DNA of 64,000 nt from a virus. Every line of letters begins with the position of its first letter. Within the stretch, counting starts at the first letter, position 1. Where the stretch lies: the IMG/VR virus record IMGVR_UViG_3300019487_000017; one strand, 5' to 3'. The position numbers were made by a program, and so were the translations under genes. The notes under the pieces were generated by a model, which was not told where the DNA came from, did no database searches, and saw only the letters and a program-made list of their open reading frames with translations. Below are positions 11,716 to 23,074 of the stretch, piece by piece.

Positions 11716-12916
11716 GTTTGATCTTTTGTGGTTCGAATAATTCTCGCATAGTTAAAAAGACAGTATCAGGAACAACAAAACTCTCTCCGTTTTTACGCCT
11801 AAATATCCAATCGCTATTCCTTATAGGTTGTTTCCCGTTTTTTGTATTGAGAAAAAATTGAATTTGCGCTCCTTGCAATGTATTGGGGTCTCCTTCAATT
11901 ATGTCTTCAAATATGTCAGGATATTTTTTATGATCAATGACACAGAATTGCTGAATAGAATATGAATTATCAATGGATTTAGGTTGATGCCGTTTTTTAG
12001 CAGCTCGTTCTCTCCAGGGTCTTTCTATTTTTGTGTCCCATTCTCCATCATCAACATTAGTTACCTCTGTTACTCTTAATATCCCACATTTGGTACAAAA
12101 ATCTGTTACTTTATAAGTTTTATCATTTATATCTACACGTTCCCATTTAACTTTTTCTTTTCCGCATTCATAACACAAATCTCGTTCGCTTCTTTCTTTT
12201 TTCTTCCATTTTACATTGATGTTATTTATATAACCTGCAGATTTTCCCCATTCTAACCATGATAAAGCAGATTGATTTACGTTGTAAGCTTTAATAAGTC
12301 CATCACATCTCGACTCCCACTTACCAAAATCTTCACCTGCTAATCGAGTCAGAAAGCCTTGGTATCCCATCCAGGGACTGACATCCCGCAAATATTCCAA
12401 TAGGATAGGAATCATTCTTTTGGGTTCTACTCTCCTTAATTCATTAAATGCTTCTCCATCCATTATAGTATGCGGAAATGAATGCATTCTAGCATCATTA
12501 TGCCATTCTCTCATAAGACCATGAATTTCATCATCTTCTAGGATTGGAGCAGGATTAAGAAGATCGTTAACTTGTTGTTTTAAATGTCTATTCTCAGAGG
12601 CTACATGACATAGGTTTTCAGAATTTTCTTTGTATTCGTGGGCTAAAGCAAAAAGGATATTTTTAATTTCATGGTTGTTTACTTTTATTTCATGTTTATC
12701 TTCTATTTTCAATAAAAGACTATCATCTTGGGGATGCATTATTACATCATATGGATATTCATTATTTTTATCCTTTTCAGGGTTGAATACCCATTCAGGA
12801 TTACCTCTTAGTAAGCGATCAACAAGCCAGCTTACTGAAGGTTGTAATGATTTTAGAGTTTTCTTATCTGGGACGCTCATATAATTACCGCCTAATAACC
12901 AACTCACAATCTTCAA
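11708..12916 (-). CDS. Hypothetical protein
   Basis: 402-aa ORF with CYEC/CTKC zinc ribbon; true start may be the internal MSVPDKK. Confidence 0.55.
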   Translation of the reverse strand: MKIVSWLLGGNYMSVPDKKTLKSLQPSVSWLVDRLLRGNPEWVFNPEKDKNNEYPYDVIMHPQDDSLLLKIEDKHEIKVNNHEIKNILFALAHEYKENSENLCHVASENRHLKQQVNDLLNPAPILEDDEIHGLMREWHNDARMHSFPHTIMDGEAFNELRRVEPKRMIPILLEYLRDVSPWMGYQGFLTRLAGEDFGKWESRCDGLIKAYNVNQSALSWLEWGKSAGYINNINVKWKKKERSERDLCYECGKEKVKWERVDINDKTYKVTDFCTKCGILRVTEVTNVDDGEWDTKIERPWRERAAKKRHQPKSIDNSYSIQQFCVIDHKKYPDIFEDIIEGDPNTLQGAQIQFFLNTKNGKQPIRNSDWIFRRKNGESFVVPDTVFLTMRELFEPQKIKPN

Positions 12917-13384
12917 GTTGGTGCAAATTGTTTAAATCTCTCTCGCTTAAATCTGTTTCCGGTAAAGGAGATTCTTTTACACAAAAAGACGCAAATCTCA
13001 AAAGTTTTAGTAACCGTTTTACTGTTTGTATTCCATCTTCCTTAACTTTCTTCATTTGCTCTGAAAATCGTTTCTCATCTGCAACTATTTTATTTTTGAC
13101 AAGTGATTTTTTACCTTCTGCAATTTCTGAAAACATTACAATTTGATTTTGTAATTCATCTTCAACAAGTTGCCACATTCTTATTAAATGATAAATTTCA
13201 GCTAAATTAAATCGTTCTTTTGATCCATTAAATAGTTTGTTAACAACTTTTAAATCATCTGTATTTTTACCTATAATCATAAACACAGATTGCCATGATT
13301 CAGCATCTTTAATTATTTCGCGCTCCGTATTGGTATCAAACAGGATATTTTCGACAATAAGCATAAATCACTTCCTTTGCTAAA

Positions 13385-13963
13385 TTAAAGGCATTTGTGA
13401 TTACTTTTCAAGCATTTGTCACACAGCTTTTTCTGGCAGATAGTACAAATAACTAACTGTTGTGATAATGTGCGGCAAGCTTCGATACCACAATTATCGC
13501 ACTCATCGGATGCTTTTTTAGACGCTTTCTGTTCTCGCCAAGCTTTAAACTCATCGTATTCTTCTGGAGGAACACAAACGACTGGAGTTGAACGATTTAC
13601 CCATCCTGGTGCATAGTATGGTTTACGTACTCTGGGCGATAAAACAAACCCGATAAAATTACCATCGGCACAATAATCAGGTCTATCGTCCAATAGAATA
13701 TCGATACCTAATTTGTCACAAACTACAGTTTTGCAACAATCACCATGAGCGCTCCAATCAGCGGAATGAATATTTTCTTCTGGTAAGAAGTTAATATTGT
13801 TTTCGCGACAGGCAGATAACGCATCTTTTTGGTTCATATCTGTTATGATATGAATATCAACTCCTCCCTTTTGAAGTGATTGCATAAGATTTAACATTTC
13901 TTGTGGGTAGCGGCTTATGACTCCACCAATATCAAAAGCGATTTTCAGACGTTTTTCACTCAT
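13385..13963 (-). CDS. HAD-superfamily hydrolase-like protein with C-terminal Cys cluster
   Basis: IAFDIGGVI motif I, IHIIT motif II, ILLDDR motif IV. Confidence 0.6.
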   Translation of the reverse strand: MSEKRLKIAFDIGGVISRYPQEMLNLMQSLQKGGVDIHIITDMNQKDALSACRENNINFLPEENIHSADWSAHGDCCKTVVCDKLGIDILLDDRPDYCADGNFIGFVLSPRVRKPYYAPGWVNRSTPVVCVPPEEYDEFKAWREQKASKKASDECDNCGIEACRTLSQQLVICTICQKKLCDKCLKSNHKCL

Positions 13964-14060
13964 TTATTTCTCCTGTTCGTCAAGAGTTAAGATAAGTATG
14001 GTTAGGAAATTGCTGGAGACGATACAAGGTAAGAAGAAAATATTTAACCAATAAACTTTT

Positions 14061-14447
14061 ATGTTCAAGAAGATAATAACATCTCAAACGATTGCCCCCT
14101 TGCAAACTCAACGTGTTTGGTTAGATGACCTTAGACCAACTCCTGCTGGTTATACCCATACTTGTCGTACAGCTAAAGAAGCGATAGCATTATTAAGCAA
14201 TAAACAGGTCGAATTTATTTCTCTTGATCATGATTTAGGACCGCCCGAAGCTGGAACTGGTTATGAAGTAGCTACTTTTATTGAGAGGGCAGCTTATTTC
14301 AATGAAATTCCGCCTTTAAAATGGCAGATTCATTCAGCAAATAGTGTAGGTATAATGAAGATGAAAGTTGCATTGGACAATGCAGATAAATTTTTTGAAT
14401 CACACATTAATAAAGATAATAACCCACAACAGGAATTGCAGTTATGA
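14061..14447 (+). CDS. Cyclic-phosphate-processing receiver-like domain protein
   Basis: VWLDDLRP, ISLDHDLG, TGYEVA, IHSANSVG. Confidence 0.75.
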   Translation: MFKKIITSQTIAPLQTQRVWLDDLRPTPAGYTHTCRTAKEAIALLSNKQVEFISLDHDLGPPEAGTGYEVATFIERAAYFNEIPPLKWQIHSANSVGIMKMKVALDNADKFFESHINKDNNPQQELQL

Positions 14448-14755
14448 AAAATATACAAACCCCAGGTTTTATACAAAAAGCTTCCAAATCAAATAAGACT
14501 GAAAGAGCAAAGCATTCAGATTTGATTACTTTGCCTGAATCAGTTAAAGGGACTAATTGTGGTAATTGTAAATATGTCCAGGAATTGGAAAACGATATTT
14601 TAGATTGTCGTCATGAAGAAGTAGCACAAACTGTAACAGAACGTATGTGTTGTAGTTATTGGGATCACCAGGATGTAAAACGTCCCTGGCTTTAAAAATA
14701 AAATTGTCGCAAGTGATTGTTGAGAACCCTATATCCTTAAATCTTAGGATGTAAG

Positions 14756-15742
14756 ATGTTACACGAGATTAGCAAAACTGAATCACACCGTTATAAATAT
14801 ACAATAGTTTTCACTTCATTAAGCAAACCTGAAGTATCTATTGAAAAAACGATATCATCTGAGACTCCTATTGATCATAGACAATTACATGCCATTGCTA
14901 ATGATACTAAGGCCCGCCTTACAGGAAAATATAATATAAAAATAATAACGTCAGAAAGAGATAATGAGAAAATGGTATTTAATACTAGAAAAGATACGCC
15001 TTTGCGTATTGATAAATGCTATTATAGCAGAAATGGTGGAAAAGTAGTAGTTAAAAAGATCGTAAGTATTCAAAACAACAGAATTACTTATAAAAGAATA
15101 TATGGGCGACCGGCTAAACTTTTAAACTCTGTTGGAGAATGCAGTATTATTACTTTTCGTAATTGGATGAATGGGGAAATTGGAGAAGACGTTGATTTTT
15201 CTTCTATAGAAGGGGCAACTATTTACCCAACATATCTAGTTTATAATACAAAAGGCATTCCTATTTTTCGTTGTTTCCAAAGACGCGCTAGATTTTATCT
15301 AAAACGAAATTTTGCAATTGAAATAGGGAATTGCGAATTACAGCTAACTGAAAAGGGAGCAAAGACAGAAGAAATGCTAATTAAAAGATATGGCGATTTA
15401 TCTCATTTGCCATTCTTTATGGCTGTTAAAAATGATAAATGCGTTGTTTGTGGTTCAAATAAAAGTTTGACTTCACACCATATAATACCCAAACGCCTTA
15501 AAAACACATTGCCTATTCAAATGCGTAAGGAACTGTCAAACGTTTTATACATATGTTCTTCTTGCCACGAAAGATATGAAAGACATATTGAAAAACAAGG
15601 GGATTTTATAATGGAAGACCCTGAAAGTTTCGTTATCGCTTGGCGGGATGATTTTATAAACACTATGAATCCTAAATATCTGCCTGCTGGATGGGATATA
15701 TTTGTGCAAAATTATAACCATAAGAAAATAAACGCAGCATAA
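14756..15742 (+). CDS. HNH endonuclease domain protein
   Basis: CVVCG...HHIIP...NVLYICSSCHERYE. Confidence 0.7.
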   Translation: MLHEISKTESHRYKYTIVFTSLSKPEVSIEKTISSETPIDHRQLHAIANDTKARLTGKYNIKIITSERDNEKMVFNTRKDTPLRIDKCYYSRNGGKVVVKKIVSIQNNRITYKRIYGRPAKLLNSVGECSIITFRNWMNGEIGEDVDFSSIEGATIYPTYLVYNTKGIPIFRCFQRRARFYLKRNFAIEIGNCELQLTEKGAKTEEMLIKRYGDLSHLPFFMAVKNDKCVVCGSNKSLTSHHIIPKRLKNTLPIQMRKELSNVLYICSSCHERYERHIEKQGDFIMEDPESFVIAWRDDFINTMNPKYLPAGWDIFVQNYNHKKINAA

Positions 15743-15810
15743 ACTTTCTCCAGACAACCACGAGATTCTAAGTACATCTCTATAACTTCATTTAATGAAA
15801 GGAAAAATTC

Positions 15811-16401
15811 ATGAAGTATTTTGTCTTGGGAACATTTGGTTTGATTGTTGTGACAGCTGTTATCTTAGTTGGCATGTGGTTGAGCTATTCTAACGGTGAA
15901 GCTAAACTGCGTAATTTAATTACGGCGAAGCAAAAAGATAACCAAAGTCAATTGGATAACACAGTTAAAGTCATTTCTCAAACTGCACAAGTTACTGATG
16001 CACAAGTTCAATCTATTAAAGATATTATTGTAGGTAATGCTACAGCAAGGCATGTAGATGGCGGAAATTTGATGTTATCTATTCAGGAAGCGGTTCCCAA
16101 TGTAGACAGAACCACCGAAACCTTTACAAATCTACAGAATATCATTGTTGCCGCAAGAAATACTTGGACTAATAACCAACGAGAGTTGTTGGATTATAAA
16201 CGTGAACACGACAATTTAATTGATACACAACCTTCTCGATTTTTTGTTGTAACTTTGGGTGGAAAAGATAAAATCGATGTAGTTATTGTTACATCAACTC
16301 GTACTGAAAAATCATTTGAAACTGGAAAAGACGATGATGATCAGGTGTTTCGTCGTCCGCAGTCTCCAAATCCAGCTACAAATGTTGAAAAATCTAACTA
16401 A
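15811..16401 (+). CDS. Membrane-anchored helical (LemA-like) protein
   Basis: N-terminal TM helix then coiled helical region; strong RBS; co-oriented with downstream membrane protein. Confidence 0.5.
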   Translation: MKYFVLGTFGLIVVTAVILVGMWLSYSNGEAKLRNLITAKQKDNQSQLDNTVKVISQTAQVTDAQVQSIKDIIVGNATARHVDGGNLMLSIQEAVPNVDRTTETFTNLQNIIVAARNTWTNNQRELLDYKREHDNLIDTQPSRFFVVTLGGKDKIDVVIVTSTRTEKSFETGKDDDDQVFRRPQSPNPATNVEKSN

Positions 16402-16413
16402 AGCATATAACCA

Positions 16414-17538
16414 ATGTGGGTATTTTATCTAGCATCTGTATTACCGCTGATCCCAGCCACATATCTATTATACAAGCATAAAGAGATTGTATGGTATGAA
16501 TGGCTGGGATCATTTGGTATAGGGTTACTTCTCGCTGCTGCATTCCATCTTCTTGCAGTAACGGGTATGACATATGATACAGAAACATGGAGCGGTCGAG
16601 TTGAATCAACAACTTATTATCCTAAATGGGTTGAACGTTACACAGAAACTATTACTGAAACCGTAAGAGACAGCAAAGGGAACACAAAAACAAAAACTCG
16701 TAAGGAGACCAGATATAGAACGCATGGTCCTGATTGGGTAGCTTATACTGACTTAGGCTATAACATTGATATTAGTTCTGATACGTTTGAAGATATAAAA
16801 AACAAATTTGGGGGAAAGGTTGAAGTTAAACAACCTTGGAAATCAGGTTTTCATAGTGGTGACAAGAATACCTATTCGGTTAATAATAATACCGGATATT
16901 TAATGCCTGTTAATATTCATAAGAGTTTTGAAAACAGAGTTAAGGCAGCTCCCAGTTTATTTAGTTTTGCTCCTATCCCAAAAGATGCAAAGGTATATCC
17001 TTATCCTAAGAACGATAATATTTTTAGATCTGATAGGCTTGTGGGGAATGCTTCAAATTATATCTCAGCATTGGAAATGGACCGTTTGAATGCTCGTTTA
17101 GGTGGCGATAAAAAAGTGAATATCATTTTGGTTGGATTTGATAAAGGAACAGATCCGATGAACGCAGTTTTTCAACAATCTGCTTGGATTGGTGGAAAGA
17201 AAAACGATATTGTTATTTGTTATGGTGGTGGAGATGGGAATAATCCTCCACAATGGGTTAGAACATTTGGTTGGACAGAAGAAGAATTATGTAAGCAAAA
17301 TTTAAATACATTATTATTAAAACACCCCATAAATAATGATGTATTAGATATCATAGAAACAGAAGTAAGAAAGAATTATAGGATAAAAGATTGGTCTAAG
17401 TTTGATTATATAACAGTTGAACCTCCTACATGGAGTTATATAGTCTATTTTATAATGTTACCGATGGTTCAAATCGGGTTTTGGGTTTTTGCATACCAAA
17501 ATGAATATCAAAAATCATTTATTCATCAGTGGCGGTAA
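16414..17538 (+). CDS. Multi-pass membrane protein with a large soluble loop
   Basis: Two N-terminal and one C-terminal TM segments; WIGGKKNDIVI. Confidence 0.55.
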   Translation: MWVFYLASVLPLIPATYLLYKHKEIVWYEWLGSFGIGLLLAAAFHLLAVTGMTYDTETWSGRVESTTYYPKWVERYTETITETVRDSKGNTKTKTRKETRYRTHGPDWVAYTDLGYNIDISSDTFEDIKNKFGGKVEVKQPWKSGFHSGDKNTYSVNNNTGYLMPVNIHKSFENRVKAAPSLFSFAPIPKDAKVYPYPKNDNIFRSDRLVGNASNYISALEMDRLNARLGGDKKVNIILVGFDKGTDPMNAVFQQSAWIGGKKNDIVICYGGGDGNNPPQWVRTFGWTEEELCKQNLNTLLLKHPINNDVLDIIETEVRKNYRIKDWSKFDYITVEPPTWSYIVYFIMLPMVQIGFWVFAYQNEYQKSFIHQWR

Positions 17539-18262
17539 TCTTGAAGGATTAAACAACGATCAAAGTAATACCTGGAATAGAGACTATCTTTCAGGTGATA
17601 CATTGCTTAATGATCTTGCTTTAGACAGAGAGAAACATACTCTTTATCAGTTAACTTGGCAAAAATATCCTTTGCTTGCAGAAGAAGGTTGGTGTTTTTT
17701 CTCCAACCTAAACAAAGACCAACAGATAATACAGAAAATAATTTTGGAAGATGCTAAATCACTAAATCCAATTGATGTAATGGGAAAAGTTAATTTAGAC
17801 GCTTTTGATTGCACAGGACGAAAGATATCATATTGCTATCCAGTATTTGTATTTGTTGGTATTGAAGTGATGAAATTAAAGAGATAATTTGTGGAAAATA
17901 AAGAATATGCGGAACTTCAATTACATGAAGACCAAATGGGATATTGCCCTTTTTGTTTAGAGATCCTGTATTCATATGATTGTTCATTTGACAATACAAA
18001 TTATGTTTATTCTATGACACGGCACTATGATTGCGGTTTAACAATTTCAACAAAAAACTCAGTACCTTTGGATAAATTGTATAACTTTGGTGAATTAACT
18101 TTTAAAGTAATTAATAAATGTACAAACTCTAAGCCGAAGACGGAACACAAATGTGTTTGCGATAAAAAATCTTTACTTATGAATGGTTGTAAATGTGGGG
18201 GAATCTGATATACATGTTGTAAATGTTTAAGCACCTTTATTCAACATGAAAAGAGAAGAAAA

Positions 18263-19249
18263 ATGAGTATCAAAATTTTTGGTCTAAATGGGACTCAAGA
18301 TTTTGCTGAGAAAGTTTGCCGCTACATAGACATAGAAATATCTTCACATATAGAAAAACATTTTGAAGATGGGGAATTCTATTCCCGTGCAGATCAAAAC
18401 GTAAGAGGGGGAGATGTTTACGTAATACACAGCTTATACGGCGATGAAGAAATGAGCGCGGGGGAGAAATTGGCTAACTTAGCTTTTTTCTGTGGTTCCT
18501 TAAAAGATGCTTCTGCTGGTAGAATAACTGTAGTTTGTCCATATCTTCCTTTTGCTAGACAAGATCGAAAAACTGAAAGTAGAGCTCCAATAGCAACAAA
18601 ATATGTTGCCCAAATTTTAGAAGCTATGGGTGTAAGTCGTTTATTAACGATGGATATTCATAACTTAGCTGCATTTCAAAATGCTTTTCGTATCCCTACT
18701 GATAATCTTGAAGCAAAATTGTTGTTTGTTCAATATTTGGAAAAGCAAAAAGATTGGAAACAACCTTTGGTATGTTTATCACCAGATAGTGGCGGCATGC
18801 ACAGGACCAGGAGATTTAGAGAAAGCTTGGAACGCAAGTTAGGAATGTTGAATCAGATTAGTATAGCTTATTTGGATAAAGAAAGGTTAGTATCATCTGG
18901 TGCCGTGAATGGAGATAAGATCGTAGGAGACGTAGAAAATAAAGATGTTATCATTATAGACGATATGATTTCAACTGGTAGTACAATCAAAAAATCGAAA
19001 GAAGCGGTTGAAGCACATGGTGGAACGGTATATGCAGTCATATCTACACATGGTTTATTTATAGGGGATGCCTCCGGTAACTTGGATGGTCTTCATAATA
19101 TCATTATTAGCGATACTGTGCCTCCGTTCCGTTTAACTGGCGGAGATGTTAGCAAAAATGTGCATGTAGTGGAAACTGCCGAATTATTTGCTCGTGCAAT
19201 TCGCAGAAATCATGATGGAGCATCTATTTCAGAACTTTTAGAGGATTAA
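18263..19249 (+). CDS. prs: Ribose-phosphate pyrophosphokinase (PRPP synthetase family)
   Basis: FEDGE, PYLPFARQDRK, MDIH, SPDSGG, IIIDDMISTGST, STHGLF. Confidence 0.92.
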   Translation: MSIKIFGLNGTQDFAEKVCRYIDIEISSHIEKHFEDGEFYSRADQNVRGGDVYVIHSLYGDEEMSAGEKLANLAFFCGSLKDASAGRITVVCPYLPFARQDRKTESRAPIATKYVAQILEAMGVSRLLTMDIHNLAAFQNAFRIPTDNLEAKLLFVQYLEKQKDWKQPLVCLSPDSGGMHRTRRFRESLERKLGMLNQISIAYLDKERLVSSGAVNGDKIVGDVENKDVIIIDDMISTGSTIKKSKEAVEAHGGTVYAVISTHGLFIGDASGNLDGLHNIIISDTVPPFRLTGGDVSKNVHVVETAELFARAIRRNHDGASISELLED

Positions 19250-19670
19250 ATTATGTTTAAAGGTGTACCTAATGATAAGGTTCTTGCTGATGGTGTGCCA
19301 TTTGAAATGGGAATGACTATTTTTTTTGGACATCCAATAAGCCCAAGATCAATTGAGACTAGTCCAGAAAAGCATCGATTAGAATTAATTCAAGGGCGAT
19401 TTTGGTATCTTTTACCAATTGAAATTACTGAAATACCTAAAGATTGGAGAGAAGCAGGGAAAATTTGTGGCGCTCATAATATTAAATATGCTTATTCGAC
19501 AAAAATAAAACTTATTCAAGCCAAGGTTAAGGAAAGAATTATCAACATAAAATTGTCTGCAGATACGCTTTGTCAGGTATTTGAAAAACATGGTTCTCCT
19601 GAAAACGGTCTTTCTGAATTAGCGAAAGAGATTCAGGAAAAAATGAAAAAATACTAAATTTAAGGAAAAA

Positions 19671-20732
19671 ATGCAATTATCAACGAAGATTAGAGGGATG
19701 ATTTTAGGTGCAGCTATTGGTGACGCTTTAGGCGCTCCTGTGGAATCTCTTTCTGCAGACGAAATTAAAAAACGATATCCCTCTACGCAAGGTACAGGAA
19801 TTACTGATTATATTCAGCGAATGCAAGATAATGGCAAACCATCTCGTTTAAAACCTGGATATTGGACGGATGATACTCAATTAACTTTAGCAGTAGCTCA
19901 AGGATGCATTAATTCTAAGTCATTTAGCGTTAACGACTTCATGCAGTCCCAATCTCTCGCTCATGTTCAAAGCTATAAGGATATTGGCACTGGTGGATGG
20001 GGAAGAACAACCCGTACAGCTATTGCTACTTTAAGTGGCACAATAGAATCTACTAAGAATGCATGGCTTACTTCTGCCCCTCGCGAGAAGAATTTAGGCT
20101 TAGGCAACGGTGTTTGTATGAAAGTCTCACCCGTTGCTGCTATTGCTGCAGCACAAAATACAAGAAGAATATCTTCAAAAATTAGAAGATTAAATGTTGA
20201 AGAATTAGTAATTCCTTTAACATTAATGACACATTATTCTAGTATAGCTGTTTCTTCTGCATTGGCACAATATTCTGCAGCTCTATACTGTTTAACACGG
20301 AAAAATGCGGCAAGTTTCAAGCCTAATGAATTTGCCGCAGAAGTAATAGCAAGTTCAGCGAAAGGTCTTAAATATGTTCCAGAGACTCTTGTTGATAATA
20401 TGACTTCCAGATTGTCTTTATTAACAGATGTATCTGCATTCAATACCAATCGTATTATCAAAGAATTCAATGGTGGCACTGTATATTGCTATAATAGCTT
20501 ACCTTTCAGTTTAATGTTCTTTTTAAAGGATCCTTATAGCATTAATTCAATGTTTGATTGTGCTTCTGCTGGAGGAGATACAGATTCAAATGCTTCAATG
20601 GTAGGATCTTTATTGGGTGCATTACATGGAGAAGAATTCTTCAAACCATTCAGCTATTTAGTAGATAATTTAGATAGTAATAAGTATATATTAGGGGTAG
20701 CCGATAAACTTTGCAAAAGGTTAAAAATTTAA
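19671..20732 (+). CDS. ADP-ribosylglycohydrolase
   Basis: GAAIGDALG, WTDDTQL, GNGVCM, GGDTDSNASMVGSLLGA. Confidence 0.9.
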   Translation: MQLSTKIRGMILGAAIGDALGAPVESLSADEIKKRYPSTQGTGITDYIQRMQDNGKPSRLKPGYWTDDTQLTLAVAQGCINSKSFSVNDFMQSQSLAHVQSYKDIGTGGWGRTTRTAIATLSGTIESTKNAWLTSAPREKNLGLGNGVCMKVSPVAAIAAAQNTRRISSKIRRLNVEELVIPLTLMTHYSSIAVSSALAQYSAALYCLTRKNAASFKPNEFAAEVIASSAKGLKYVPETLVDNMTSRLSLLTDVSAFNTNRIIKEFNGGTVYCYNSLPFSLMFFLKDPYSINSMFDCASAGGDTDSNASMVGSLLGALHGEEFFKPFSYLVDNLDSNKYILGVADKLCKRLKI

Positions 20733-21226
20733 GAGCGCGTCATATATGCAGCAAATGGGTTACTCCAAAAATCAGAGTTAAACATATTCTGCATTCTGTT
20801 ATCGTAGACTTGATTAGAGTTTGGATTTACCATTGTTCTTTGTTCATTGTAGTTTTTTAAACTATCAATTAATCGTATTTCATCATTTAATTTAGTCAAG
20901 GTATCTTGTCTATTTTTGACAAGATTATCTAGATACTGATATTGAGATTGTGATAAAGCTAGTTCTTTTTGAGCATTAGCTTTCATTTGGGTCATTTGCA
21001 TTTGCGTTGCAGGATCATTTGTTGGAATAGGGGTATTAACTTGACCCTGTAAGATATTTATATACTGTTGCATATGAGCCAACTGACCTTCGGCACGTTG
21101 TATATCTTGCTGAGTTTGTTTAACTTTTTCTTCTATGTATTCGCGTTCTTGTGCAAAATCCATTTGGGTTTGCATAAGATATGCTTGAGATTGATTGGCT
21201 ATTTGAGATCGTTTAAACCAGCTCAT
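20729..21226 (-). CDS. Gln-rich coiled-coil protein with N-terminal SWFKRS motif
   Basis: ATG at 21226 gives MSWFKRSQ; heptad-rich. Confidence 0.6.
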   Translation of the reverse strand: MSWFKRSQIANQSQAYLMQTQMDFAQEREYIEEKVKQTQQDIQRAEGQLAHMQQYINILQGQVNTPIPTNDPATQMQMTQMKANAQKELALSQSQYQYLDNLVKNRQDTLTKLNDEIRLIDSLKNYNEQRTMVNPNSNQVYDNRMQNMFNSDFWSNPFAAYMTRS

Positions 21227-21998
21227 ATTACCTATATTCTTACCCAATTTTATTATATTAACCTTTTGTTTTCTCCTGTGAAATGAATTAAATCTGTATA
21301 CACGATTATATACAGAGAAACGGATAATTTATGGATTTACAATGGTATAGAGGTATAAAAAGTGATTTAGAAGCAGCATTAAATGGTAAAAAAGTTGTTT
21401 TACATTCAGATAGACATCTTTGCAGGATACTCTCGTATCAGAATGGTGAGTATCATATAACTACCTATCCATCTAAAGAAAAATTAAAAATTGCTGCTTC
21501 ATCCCAATCTTTTAAATTTAATAATATTGAATATTGTGATTTAATTTCATATAATTATTTACAGTTTCAGCCAGAAGATGAAGAGACTATTAAAATTGCA
21601 TATAGAAAATATTGTGATAATGATAATCCAGATGTGCAATTTGATGAATTTATAAATTCGCTTACTAAAATGAATAAGTCTAAGAATCCCCTTGTAGTAA
21701 GCGAAGATAGATCTCATGCAGTATTTAATACAGTCATTACTCAAGGTGGGAGAGCGGTAGGAACTGTAGACATTATTGTTTATTTAGAAAAAACAGGATT
21801 TGAAGATCCAGAATATCGAGTTTGTTCTTTTAATAAAAGTCGAGTTGTAGACCAAATCTTTGAACTTTTTGTTAGACATGGGAATCCTCCATTAAAAAGT
21901 ATTGTTGTCTCTTTAACCGACAATTTATTATCAATCATGTCTAATTTATTGAAAACAAAAAGTATTGAATTTAAGCCTACGGCTTTTTAGAATCAAGG

Positions 21999-22355
21999 AT
22001 GATGTTTATGCTCAAAGCCTTAATTGTAGACGATGATAAAGCTTCCAATAGAGCTATTTCTTTATTATTATCTTCTGAGGGTTGGTCTACAGAGTCTGCT
22101 TATAGTTTTGCAGATGGAGTAAAAAGTTTAAAAGAAGATATAAACTATGCTATTTTAGATATCATGTTGCCAGATGGTAACGGCTTAGATATATTAAAAA
22201 TAATCAAACAGGATTATCCTCATATTAAGACTATTTTAGTTACAGGTACATATATATCTAATCCTAAAGATTTTTTTAAAACTCATTTACCAGACTTTTT
22301 CTTTCAAAAACCGATTGACTACAATTCTTTGATTAGAGAGATGAAAGGAAATTGA
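21999..22355 (+). CDS. Stand-alone response regulator receiver domain
   Basis: LIVDDD, ILDIMLPDGNGLD, LVTG, QKP. Confidence 0.88.
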   Translation: MMFMLKALIVDDDKASNRAISLLLSSEGWSTESAYSFADGVKSLKEDINYAILDIMLPDGNGLDILKIIKQDYPHIKTILVTGTYISNPKDFFKTHLPDFFFQKPIDYNSLIREMKGN

Positions 22356-22640
22356 CATGCCTCCTAAATTTGAAACATTTACTTTTGAATTTGACACATT
22401 AGATTGCGCCTTACTGGTAGGTTCTTTATATTGTAAGTTAAACCAAATAATACCTATAACCGATACATTAAAAGACATAAGAGAAACAAAATCCATAACT
22501 CCAGAGGAAAGAAAATCACTTCCTATAACACTAAAAGATTTATCTATTGAAGAGTTAACTGAGCAAGTAGACGCTTGGATTTCTTATGTTCAACAAGTCG
22601 AATATCTAATTAAAGTAATAGAGGAAAAGACTGGTCAAAA

Positions 22641-23063
22641 ATGCTCTTTAAATCCGTTGGACAAATCCGAATTCACAGAGAAAGCTGGCTAGCTGTACAT
22701 GCCTGCACAGATTTAGGAAGATACTATAGGAAAGGGTTTAATTGGATTCATAGATTTGAGAATTTTAAAATAGGAGATACGAAATGGGGTCCACATATAT
22801 CAATAGTTCGTTCTGAACCTTCTACGAATATTGACTTTCTCCAAACCCTTCATGAAACAGAAATTGAATTCGAGTATGAACCAGTCTATCGTACAAATGG
22901 GAGACATGTATGGTTTAATGTGTTTTGTGAAAGAGCATTTGAAATTCGAAAAACTCTTTTATTACCAGAACCACCAATTTTCAATTTACATTTAACACTC
23001 GGCGTCTATCATCGTGAACATGAAAATGATATGACTCAATTAACGTTAATTGACACAATTTAA
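22641..23063 (+). CDS. Putative 2H phosphoesterase
   Basis: Two Hx(S/T) motifs: PHISIV and LHLTLG. Confidence 0.6.
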   Translation: MLFKSVGQIRIHRESWLAVHACTDLGRYYRKGFNWIHRFENFKIGDTKWGPHISIVRSEPSTNIDFLQTLHETEIEFEYEPVYRTNGRHVWFNVFCERAFEIRKTLLLPEPPIFNLHLTLGVYHREHENDMTQLTLIDTI

Positions 23064-23074
23064 AGAAAGAACAT

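Noticed and set aside
13969-13975. TCTCCTG counted as the promoter motif
   Set aside because: Its reverse complement CAGGAGA is the ribosome-binding site of the gene starting at 13963, so it is ambiguous and was excluded
18263-19249. Complete NARP1 anti-defence operon
   Set aside because: No adjacent Namat/Nampt gene; Prs versus Adps specificity cannot be judged by eye
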